Of a stretch of DNA of 64,000 nt, positions 55,627 to 64,000 are shown piece after piece; positions within the stretch are counted from its first letter, which is position 1, and every line of letters starts with the position of its first letter. The translations under genes and the position numbers were made by a program. Source of the DNA: Candidatus Thorarchaeota archaeon (lineage in GTDB: Archaea > Asgardarchaeota > Thorarchaeia > Thorarchaeales > Thorarchaeaceae); NCBI GenBank assembly GCA_011364905.1, contig RDNZ01000009.1, forward strand, positions 13,761 through 77,760, in the 5' to 3' direction. Under the pieces are notes generated by a model, which made no database searches, was not told where the DNA came from, and saw only the letters and a list, made by a program, of their open reading frames with translations.

Positions 55627-58600
55627 TTGAGGAGAATCAATCTCATAGGCGTACTAGTTGTAGCACTATTCTTGTTTCCAATGTTGAGTTTGTCTTCAGA
55701 CTATAATCCCGCAACGACAGTTAGTAATCCTGTCCTGCCGCAGATTGATGACTCTAGTGGGGGATACACACTGAGTGGAGACCATAGTACTGGCGTTGCA
55801 CCCGCGTTACCAGTGACTCTCAGTGGTCAGGTATCCAATGTCGGCCAGGGCACAATGTCCTTTGACTCATCCTCCTCTGGAGTCGCTTCAGTTGCCCTGA
55901 CTGATGGTTGGACTGGCACCGGCCTCCAAGCTCAAATTGACACCCTTACCTCGACTGCTAAGGATGTTCTTCAGAATGGGAATTTGAATGGATATCATAG
56001 TGAACAGTATGTCGTTACATCCAACACTGCATATAACCAAGAAAACGTCCCCACTCCTAACGGATGGACTATCAGGAAGGATGTAGTTGGAGATAATCCC
56101 CATCCTCAGCATGGTATGTATGAAATTGATAGCGATCCAAACGGTAGGAGTAGCACGTGGGGTATCTATCTCAAAGCTGAGCTGCCTTCAGCCTATACAC
56201 CTAATCCCAATGATGAAATGTACATTAGCCAGATGGTTTCAATGCCATATAGAGAACTCTATTCAGCGCAGGTCACATTTGACTATAATGTAAGATCTGG
56301 ATACTCGATGGATAACAAAGTGTTTCTTTTTGTTAGACTTGCTGGCTATACCTACGAATATCATGTGTTTAAGTCAGGTGATCCAACTGGTACCTGGTTA
56401 ACTACTCAACCCCTTACCATTCCTGCATCAGCAATGTCTGACTTATCAAGTAAAGTCATGAGTTTCGATATTGGTATCGCAACTAATGAGAATGTACAAT
56501 TAACTGCGGCCTCCGATAATTTCGCGTATATTGACAACATTAAGCTTAACTTGATAGTACGTCCATTCCCCGAACAAATAGATCTGAAGGCAAATGGAAC
56601 GCTTGTATGGGGCTCAACGATGGACAGTGTGTATCCCTATGTCCCTGATGATGCGAACAGAGACTGTTATGATGATTCATCTCTTGGAATTGAGCTTGGT
56701 GGTTATAGTAATAATGGAGTTCTTGACACAGGCATCTACTCGTCTAGTTGGCTAGATGGTTTATTTGAAACTGGGCTGCAGTTTCCACTGAATATTCCAC
56801 ATGGTGCTATTATTACATCAGCTTATCTTGAGGTTGAACCTGCATCTAGCTCTAGTCCTTATCTTTATGGAATGCGTGTTCATGTTGCCGATGAGGATAA
56901 TGTCACAGCTTTTACATCGGGCGGCCATCTCGAAACTCTCTTCAACTGGCTCACTACAAGCATCGATTGGTCCTTCAACTCATGGGACATATCTCCCGCT
57001 ACTCGCTACAGGTCGCCTGAGATAGGTCCTCTGATTCAGAATGTTGTGAGTCGATCAGGTTGGTCAGAAGGTAACTACATTTGTATAATGACAAGTCACA
57101 TGTATTCTGATTATTATCAACGGTGGAGCGGTATCAAGGGTACCTATGGGTCGTTCTTCAGTCCTGACGAAGCAGCAAGACTGTTCGTTGAATACGTGAT
57201 TCCAGAACCTGAAGATACGGTTCTCTTCTTTAATTATCAAAAGGACATCACTATTGACCACACAAAAGTTGCGGCAGATTTGAACGATTTCCCCGTATTA
57301 ATTGATATAACAGACAACGATTTGAAAAATAATGTTTTGTCCAACGGAAACGATATTGTTTTCACCATAGGTGGAACCTCTGTTGACCATGAGGTTGAAC
57401 TCTTTGAGCAATCAACTGGTCATCTTGTTGCCTGGGTAAAGGTCCCATACCTATCAAGTTCTGTTGATACTGTGATTACCATGCATTATGGTTGTGAGAA
57501 TGCACCTCCAGCCCTTGGTTCACGAGTCTGGAGCGACTACGCAACTGTACAGCACTTGAATCAGGATCCAACTGGAGTTAATTATGACAGTACTAGTAAC
57601 AATCACGATGGAACCTCTTATGGCGGACTTGGTACAAGCGACCTCATCACTGGAAAGATTGGAAACGCGATAGATTTCGATGGCAGTGATGATGTTATTT
57701 CAATTGGACAGATTGACACTGATGAGTGGACACAGTTCACAATGAGTGCATGGTTCTATCGAACCTTAGACAAAGATGCTCGAGTTTTTTCAAAATCAAC
57801 AACAACAACGTCTACTGGACACATAATGACACTACGACTTGATCCTACCAATCACGTGACAACCAGACTTTGGGCAGATCCTCAAGCAGCTGGCGTAAGT
57901 TATAGCAGCACCGCGACGGCTTCGAACTTCACTTGGCATTATGTATCTTGGTCTTGGGACCCATCACGAACCGGTCACGAAGTCTTAGCTTACCTCGATG
58001 GCAATCTTATCATTGATAGGTCGTATACGGGAACATCAATTTACGATTCGGATGCCATGTTCGTTATAGGCAACAATGACCTTTTGAATAGCAGGTACTG
58101 GGCTGGTATGATTGATGAGGCGCGTCTGACAACATTTGTGCGTTCTGAGGCATGGATTGATACAGAATTTAACAACCAAAACGACCCCTCCAGTTTCTAT
58201 ACGCGTGGATCTGAGAGAACCACACCTAACACATGGACTGACGCAAGTGAACCAAGCATTTACTTCACAACCTCATCCTCAACCCCGGTAACGATGAATG
58301 TCATTGTCACCATGGATGTTGGTGCCCAGGCTAATAGCATGGATACTGATTTCGACGAGGGAGTTAGTTATTTCATCGAGAGTGGATCTACTATAGTCAA
58401 CTGGACAGCCAAGGTGATGGTTTCGCCTCCAGCAGGTGCGACATCTTTTGGTTTTTCGGTGAATTATCCGAGAGCTGAATGGAAAGCAACCGAAGTTCTT
58501 AATCCATTGAATCAACCAAAGTCTCTGGGTAGTGATTGGTGGTACGAGGGAGGAACTCTGACCCTTTATTCATCTGCAATTGACTTCTGGGGTGTATGGA

Positions 58601-61600
58601 CTCTCAAGTTCATCAGTTGGAATTATTTGCAGGATATTCAGATTAGCAGTCCGTCTTTCAATGTTCTTGACGATGCACAATTCACCGTGACAACTCCAAC
58701 TTTGCTCGGAGCCGATGTCGGACTTGAACTTGTTGACCCTAATGGTGTTATTTGGGACTCTCAATCCTACACTACTTCCGCTGACCCAGCCCATCGGTTT
58801 CCCTCTTTCCGATATAGCAAGAATATCACAATCAGTAACTCATTGGTCTATAGTGATGTCACAGACTTTCCGGTGTTGCTCCAATTTACAGATAACGATT
58901 TACATTCTCCATTAAAAGTGCGTTCAGATGGTTCAGATATCATGTTCGCTATGGGTGATACTATTCTAGACCATGAGATTGAGAATTTCAATCAGACCTA
59001 CGGTTCAACAGCAAGAATTACAGCATGGGTAAAGGCGAATCTATCATCATCATCTACTAACACCATTACAATGTACTACGGGAGTCCAGTTGTGGACCAC
59101 CTCGAAAATCCTGCAGGAGTATGGTCATCCAATTTCGAGGCTGTTTGGCATCTTGGAGAATACGGTCTTGTTAATGAGGCATCTGGTGCAATTCACTACG
59201 ACTCTTCAGGCAATGGTTACAATGGTGTCCAACATGGCAATGTCCAAACTCCTTATGGAAAAGCTGGCTATGGTCAAAACTTCGATGGTGTAGATGACTA
59301 CATCGCTTTTGATCAAAGCCTCGCACCAAATGGTGATCTATTCATTACAGGTTGGTTCCAACCTACTACATCACACGACCAAAACTCACCCACCACCAGA
59401 GTGATCTTATCAAAATACATAGACATTGACCATGACCTAGTCATAGCACTGGCCGGCCAAGATTATGGTCGTCCTCTAATGAATGGCAGTCTGGTCTTCA
59501 AAATCGAGAGCTCTCCAGATTCGCCAATGTATACGTATACATCTACTCTGAAAAGCTGGACAGCTAATCAATGGTACTTCTTTGCATGCTACGCTGATGA
59601 AGATACTCCACTAAACAACAAAATCTGGATTGGTAGCACCACTCCAGCATTTCAAAATTGGGCTACGGTTGGACACGATGGTAGTACAACACAAGCCAAT
59701 GCTTCTTATATTGAGGAATGGCGATTGGGTGGCGGTAACTATGAATCAACATCAGAGAGTACTGGCTGGTTTGCTGGGAATCTTGATGAGTTTCGGATTG
59801 GAACGTCGCTAAGATCAGACGGATGGATTCAGACAGAATATCGCAACCAAGTGATCCCTCAAACTTTTGCACTCTCAGGGAGCGAAGGAACAAGAACGGC
59901 ACAGAACCACGTGTTTACAAAGACAATTGACTCGACCACCGCCGTCGGCAGTTGGACCGCAATTGCTCACTATAATGATACGGGTTCTACTGTTACAGAC
60001 AAGACTGGACTATTCGAGCGAACATTCATCGTTAAACATGGCTCAGCTCTCACCCTGAATAGACCAACCGATGCTGTGGGAGACCACCTTTCAGTGAAAA
60101 CTGCAGGAGATGTCTTGTATGTTGAGTATGAGCTCAGAGACTCTGATGCGGCAGGTAATCCTGGCATTGAAGATGCAACTGTCACTATGAATTGGACTGC
60201 ACCTTCAACCATCACATTCGATGACTATGGCGCTGGTATCTATCGCGCAGTATTAGACACCTCAGATCTTGGTGAAAACAAACAATGGCGAATTGAGGTT
60301 CAATCATCCCATCCATACTACACTGATGCAAATGAATACTTCAATTTGGATCTCTATCATGAAACTACCCTGACTGCAGCAGGCGAGTTAAGCACTCCTG
60401 CCGACTTTATCTTCAATACAACGCTCACCTTTAGAGATGGTTACACGGGAGCTCCCTTGCCTGGTGCAACAATAGTTCAATCTGGAGTACCAGCGGTTCC
60501 ATTCTCGTATGTCGATAACAGTGACGGTACTTACAAGCTCTCCATCCCAACGAGTTCTCTCACTCTTGGTCTTAAGCAGTATAAATTCAACGCGAGCATT
60601 TCAGGGGCATATCTGCAAATTGCTCAGACAGATGTCGCCTTTACTGTACGGCAACATTACACTGCCGTATCTGTTGCTGGAGATATGACTACACCTCATG
60701 GGTATGATACATCAGTAACGGTTTCAGTACTGGATCTTGATACGGGTCGTCCAGTTGATATCACTGATATCGACCTATTGACTTTCACGTATCCTGCTCA
60801 TAATGCTGATACATCGGGATCCTATGCTGCAACTCTAACATCTGCAGATTGGGATGTCGGTTCTATGGATGTAACTCTGACAGTAACAATGTCAAGTTCA
60901 AGAATTGCGGCTCCTGCGCAGTATCACTTCACAGTCCAAATCACTGCTCACGGAACCTCAGTTACTGTCGCAGGAGTCACTACTGTACCCTATAGCAATC
61001 AGACCTCTCTTTCTATTGTTTTGACCGATCTGGTTGATGGGACTCCGGTGCCTATTGGTTCTGTTTCGAACATCCAGCTTCAATATTCTCAGGCTCCTAC
61101 ATTCTCGAATTTCGGTAGTTATGACATTGCGCTCGATACCAGTTCATGGCCAGTGGGCACGCACATTGTGACTGTCGTTGTGACAATGAGCGACACAATC
61201 TATAGTGCTCCATCCAGCTATCAATTTAGCATAAAGATTCGAAGCATGACTACAGTGATATATCATGAACCCTCTCCACTCAATTTTCCAAATGGGACGA
61301 ATTTCGAAGTTTTTCTCCGTCTCAACGTGAGTGAACCAGGGTCATATTTCGGTTCTCCAATAACAGGTCGAAATGCAGGTGAGTTCTCTGTAACAGGATA
61401 TTCCATCACAATTGATACTACTGATCAAGCACTCGGTAGATACAAACTCACAATCGATGAATCGTATTTCCGGAGCGGAGGGCTGTTTCAAATCTCTGTG
61501 TATTTTACTTCAACTGACAATCGATTTGCGAATACATACTTTATGATCCAGTTTCGATATCGAGATGTTCAAAGTACTCTTACCTCGCCTAACTACCCAC

Positions 61601-64000
61601 AAGTTACAACGCCCTTTGGTCTAGATGTGAAAATCATTCTTAATTATACAGACCTCGATTTTGGCTCAGGCATTGCCGGAGCTGTAATATCAGCTTCACC
61701 CAATTGGATTGCCAACCAAAGCGATAAAGGCGGTGGAATTTATGAAGTTTGGATTGACGTATCGACGTTGGCCAAGGGACTAAACTACCTGAATCTGACT
61801 GCAGATAAATCCGGCGTGGCAAAGCAGACACTTGAGTTCAAAATACTGATTCGTGAAGCATATACTTCAGCCATACCTACCGTTAGCTCACTAGTAATTC
61901 CAATTGGGAACTCGCCATACTTCTATGTTGACTTCACTGATGTAGATCGTTCCATTCCTATCGACAATAGTTCGTCACCGTATACTCAGGTAGTTTCAAC
62001 CTGGCACAACTTCTCGGTCGAATATATGCCTCTCGATCACAGATACAAGATAACATTTCACACGTCCAGTTCTGATACGATCTCTTCAAACATTCCCTAT
62101 AATTTTGAATTTTCCAAAGGTACTGACTATCAACCGGTGAATTTCAATATCATAGTGACAATCCGTACTCATAACACAGAATTTAGAATCGTAAGCTCAA
62201 TTGAGGCAGTAAGTACAACTGGTACATTCAATATCTCAGTTTACTACGGTGACCTTGATAGTGCAATTGGAATAAAGTCTGCACTTGTTGTCTTTTCAGT
62301 TTCTAACTTGTCTGGTCCTGTTATTTCAAGCTACGACTATGACTTAATTCTTGGCAATGGCTACTATGTAATTTCTGTTCCAGCTTCACAGTTTGGCTTA
62401 GGCCCTCAAACGTTCACAGTCTATGCAGATTGGACTGGAGCAGTGCTGAAATATCAGGACAAGTCATTTGATACAAGTGCTACTGTTATTGGAAGAGACT
62501 CAACTCTTGCACTTTTGATTGGTTCTGAACCTACTCCATACAACGAGGATATGAGCTATACCTTTTTCTACAGCGACTCAGGGACCGGGATAGGCAATCT
62601 TTCAGGAAATGTGTTCTTCTATGTCAGCTTCCAGGGACAAGTTGTCAGTCCGTCCGACGTCATAATAACTGATTTTTCACTGATTGATCCAGGCAAGTAC
62701 TCTGTTGATTTCAACTCGGGGATCTTTAGCAGAACCGGACTCATTTACATGAATGTGTTTGTCAATTGGTCCAAGGGTGTAGCACCCTACTATTCTAACC
62801 GGACAGATACGGTTTCCATACGGGTGCTTTCGAGAGACACACTTCTATCGATCACTCCCCCATCATCAACAAGCTATAATGAAAATGCAACAATTACTCT
62901 GACATTTGATGACATCGTCAGTGGAACAGCCATTACTGGGCTCACCAAACAAGAAATCTCCCTGAATATCTCCTTCTCTCTGAGTGAAGATGCCGGAACA
63001 TACGAGATCTCATTCAACACATCTCAGTTTGGTAGTTTGGGATTGAAAGCGATACAGGTTAATGTTACGTGGGTGGGATCTCCCTTCTATGCCAGCAGGA
63101 CTGGCCAGATTACATACATCACTGTTATTGCAAGAACAACTTCAATGGAGTATCTTACTCCGCCGCCGACTCAGTACGGGGATCAAGTAATCTTCAATGT
63201 GACGTGGACTGATACGACAGCAGGGTCGTCTACACCTGTCACAGGCGCGACTCTCGTGTTGAAGGAAGGATTGACACCCATTGACACAGGCGAATATGCA
63301 CCCGTGGAAATAGCGCCTGGCGTCTATCAAGTCACTCTAAACACAACTTATGCAGTTACACCAGGCACAGACACACTGCGTGTGGAACTATCTTCAGGAG
63401 CGTTTTACTATACTTCTAAAGCCATTAATCGTCAATTCACAATCCAAGAACGCCGAGCAATAGTTGCGGCAGAACCAGTAGCGAATGTTCCCTTTGGATC
63501 TACAGTCACTATAATAGTCAGCTACTTAGATCTATTCAATGGAGCATCCATCGCGAATGGTAGTGCAAATGGATATCCAGTGACAATAGCAATTGCTGGT
63601 CAAACCTACACATCGACTTGGAGAGTAAGTCAACAAAACTATCAAGTGAATATCTCATGGAATCCAAGCTGGGATGCAACATGGGCTCCAGGGACGGTTC
63701 ATAGCCTGACAATTTCGATGGATTATAATTACCAAGCACCATACTATTCGCAAAACCAAGCAACAATCACCTTCGCAATAAGAAACAGACAGTCATCTCT
63801 TGCACTTGTTTCAGAACCAGAAACCACCCCATATCTTGATGATGTGAATTTCACCCTCTTCTACAGTGACAATGATGCAGCAGGAGCAGGCATTGCAAGT
63901 GCGAATATCTTGATTACTGGATTTACTGAAACCACAGACTTTCTTGTGACTGAGGGCGCTGCTGGAAATTACACAATCACTGTCTTTACAACCTCTTTGG
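55627..64000 (+). CDS. Giant secreted surface glycoprotein (>2790 aa, runs off right edge): two DUF2341+LamG modules followed by Ig-like repeats (not in ORF track)
   Basis: GAGGAGG SD, TTG start and signal peptide (MRRINLIGVLVVALFLFP). Every spot-checked segment is open in one frame and the ORF track shows no stop-bounded ORF in that frame. DUF2341-like KDITIDHTKV..DFPVLI...AWVKVP..ITMHYG near 57240 and again near 58800; LamG motifs FDGSDD and GMIDEARL; many NxS/T sequons. Confidence 0.9.
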   Translation, partial: MRRINLIGVLVVALFLFPMLSLSSDYNPATTVSNPVLPQIDDSSGGYTLSGDHSTGVAPALPVTLSGQVSNVGQGTMSFDSSSSGVASVALTDGWTGTGLQAQIDTLTSTAKDVLQNGNLNGYHSEQYVVTSNTAYNQENVPTPNGWTIRKDVVGDNPHPQHGMYEIDSDPNGRSSTWGIYLKAELPSAYTPNPNDEMYISQMVSMPYRELYSAQVTFDYNVRSGYSMDNKVFLFVRLAGYTYEYHVFKSGDPTGTWLTTQPLTIPASAMSDLSSKVMSFDIGIATNENVQLTAASDNFAYIDNIKLNLIVRPFPEQIDLKANGTLVWGSTMDSVYPYVPDDANRDCYDDSSLGIELGGYSNNGVLDTGIYSSSWLDGLFETGLQFPLNIPHGAIITSAYLEVEPASSSSPYLYGMRVHVADEDNVTAFTSGGHLETLFNWLTTSIDWSFNSWDISPATRYRSPEIGPLIQNVVSRSGWSEGNYICIMTSHMYSDYYQRWSGIKGTYGSFFSPDEAARLFVEYVIPEPEDTVLFFNYQKDITIDHTKVAADLNDFPVLIDITDNDLKNNVLSNGNDIVFTIGGTSVDHEVELFEQSTGHLVAWVKVPYLSSSVDTVITMHYGCENAPPALGSRVWSDYATVQHLNQDPTGVNYDSTSNNHDGTSYGGLGTSDLITGKIGNAIDFDGSDDVISIGQIDTDEWTQFTMSAWFYRTLDKDARVFSKSTTTTSTGHIMTLRLDPTNHVTTRLWADPQAAGVSYSSTATASNFTWHYVSWSWDPSRTGHEVLAYLDGNLIIDRSYTGTSIYDSDAMFVIGNNDLLNSRYWAGMIDEARLTTFVRSEAWIDTEFNNQNDPSSFYTRGSERTTPNTWTDASEPSIYFTTSSSTPVTMNVIVTMDVGAQANSMDTDFDEGVSYFIESGSTIVNWTAKVMVSPPAGATSFGFSVNYPRAEWKATEVLNPLNQPKSLGSDWWYEGGTLTLYSSAIDFWGVWTLKFISWNYLQDIQISSPSFNVLDDAQFTVTTPTLLGADVGLELVDPNGVIWDSQSYTTSADPAHRFPSFRYSKNITISNSLVYSDVTDFPVLLQFTDNDLHSPLKVRSDGSDIMFAMGDTILDHEIENFNQTYGSTARITAWVKANLSSSSTNTITMYYGSPVVDHLENPAGVWSSNFEAVWHLGEYGLVNEASGAIHYDSSGNGYNGVQHGNVQTPYGKAGYGQNFDGVDDYIAFDQSLAPNGDLFITGWFQPTTSHDQNSPTTRVILSKYIDIDHDLVIALAGQDYGRPLMNGSLVFKIESSPDSPMYTYTSTLKSWTANQWYFFACYADEDTPLNNKIWIGSTTPAFQNWATVGHDGSTTQANASYIEEWRLGGGNYESTSESTGWFAGNLDEFRIGTSLRSDGWIQTEYRNQVIPQTFALSGSEGTRTAQNHVFTKTIDSTTAVGSWTAIAHYNDTGSTVTDKTGLFERTFIVKHGSALTLNRPTDAVGDHLSVKTAGDVLYVEYELRDSDAAGNPGIEDATVTMNWTAPSTITFDDYGAGIYRAVLDTSDLGENKQWRIEVQSSHPYYTDANEYFNLDLYHETTLTAAGELSTPADFIFNTTLTFRDGYTGAPLPGATIVQSGVPAVPFSYVDNSDGTYKLSIPTSSLTLGLKQYKFNASISGAYLQIAQTDVAFTVRQHYTAVSVAGDMTTPHGYDTSVTVSVLDLDTGRPVDITDIDLLTFTYPAHNADTSGSYAATLTSADWDVGSMDVTLTVTMSSSRIAAPAQYHFTVQITAHGTSVTVAGVTTVPYSNQTSLSIVLTDLVDGTPVPIGSVSNIQLQYSQAPTFSNFGSYDIALDTSSWPVGTHIVTVVVTMSDTIYSAPSSYQFSIKIRSMTTVIYHEPSPLNFPNGTNFEVFLRLNVSEPGSYFGSPITGRNAGEFSVTGYSITIDTTDQALGRYKLTIDESYFRSGGLFQISVYFTSTDNRFANTYFMIQFRYRDVQSTLTSPNYPQVTTPFGLDVKIILNYTDLDFGSGIAGAVISASPNWIANQSDKGGGIYEVWIDVSTLAKGLNYLNLTADKSGVAKQTLEFKILIREAYTSAIPTVSSLVIPIGNSPYFYVDFTDVDRSIPIDNSSSPYTQVVSTWHNFSVEYMPLDHRYKITFHTSSSDTISSNIPYNFEFSKGTDYQPVNFNIIVTIRTHNTEFRIVSSIEAVSTTGTFNISVYYGDLDSAIGIKSALVVFSVSNLSGPVISSYDYDLILGNGYYVISVPASQFGLGPQTFTVYADWTGAVLKYQDKSFDTSATVIGRDSTLALLIGSEPTPYNEDMSYTFFYSDSGTGIGNLSGNVFFYVSFQGQVVSPSDVIITDFSLIDPGKYSVDFNSGIFSRTGLIYMNVFVNWSKGVAPYYSNRTDTVSIRVLSRDTLLSITPPSSTSYNENATITLTFDDIVSGTAITGLTKQEISLNISFSLSEDAGTYEISFNTSQFGSLGLKAIQVNVTWVGSPFYASRTGQITYITVIARTTSMEYLTPPPTQYGDQVIFNVTWTDTTAGSSTPVTGATLVLKEGLTPIDTGEYAPVEIAPGVYQVTLNTTYAVTPGTDTLRVELSSGAFYYTSKAINRQFTIQERRAIVAAEPVANVPFGSTVTIIVSYLDLFNGASIANGSANGYPVTIAIAGQTYTSTWRVSQQNYQVNISWNPSWDATWAPGTVHSLTISMDYNYQAPYYSQNQATITFAIRNRQSSLALVSEPETTPYLDDVNFTLFYSDNDAAGAGIASANILITGFTETTDFLVTEGAAGNYTITVFTTSL

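Noticed and set aside
55888-63766. Many short ORFs listed in the track
   Set aside because: All are off-frame or antisense to the single giant ORF starting at 55627.

Overview
Gene-dense archaeal chromosome segment, almost certainly from an Asgard archaeon and probably Thorarchaeia (inferred from gene content, not from a search). It contains no rRNA, tRNA, CRISPR array or recognisable mobile element. Housekeeping and metabolic genes include thrC, surE, udp, gdhA, ilvE, ferredoxin plus AOR, cutA, AlaX, GlmU-like, gltX, hydantoinase A/B, alkaline phosphatase and thiI. These are interleaved with eukaryotic-signature genes: a lone Snf7/ESCRT-III, an EAP30/Vps22-36 (ESCRT-II) fusion, a longin-Arf-like GTPase coupled to a uDENN/NPRL2-like gene, a tandem PH/GRAM-like protein, and eS25. 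The ORF track misses or truncates several genes: a 56-aa DUF1931/face-to-face histone (7690-7860), a 55-aa ORF (31313-31480), the N-terminus of eS25 (no canonical start codon), a truncated IMPase at the left edge, and a >2790-aa DUF2341/LamG surface protein running off the right edge. The strongest novelty candidates are: (1) two tandem DapA-family aldolase-Fae fusion paralogues whose Fae domains have lost complementary motifs, suggesting a heteromeric formaldehyde-channelling aldolase; (2) a chlI/chlD-like gene with an A9 -1 slip site whose fused product gains a two-helix membrane anchor between the AAA+ and vWA domains; (3) a GTPase/regulator/ESCRT-II cluster at 38.5-44.1 kb; (4) eS25 with a non-canonical start and an H1-like repeat tail.
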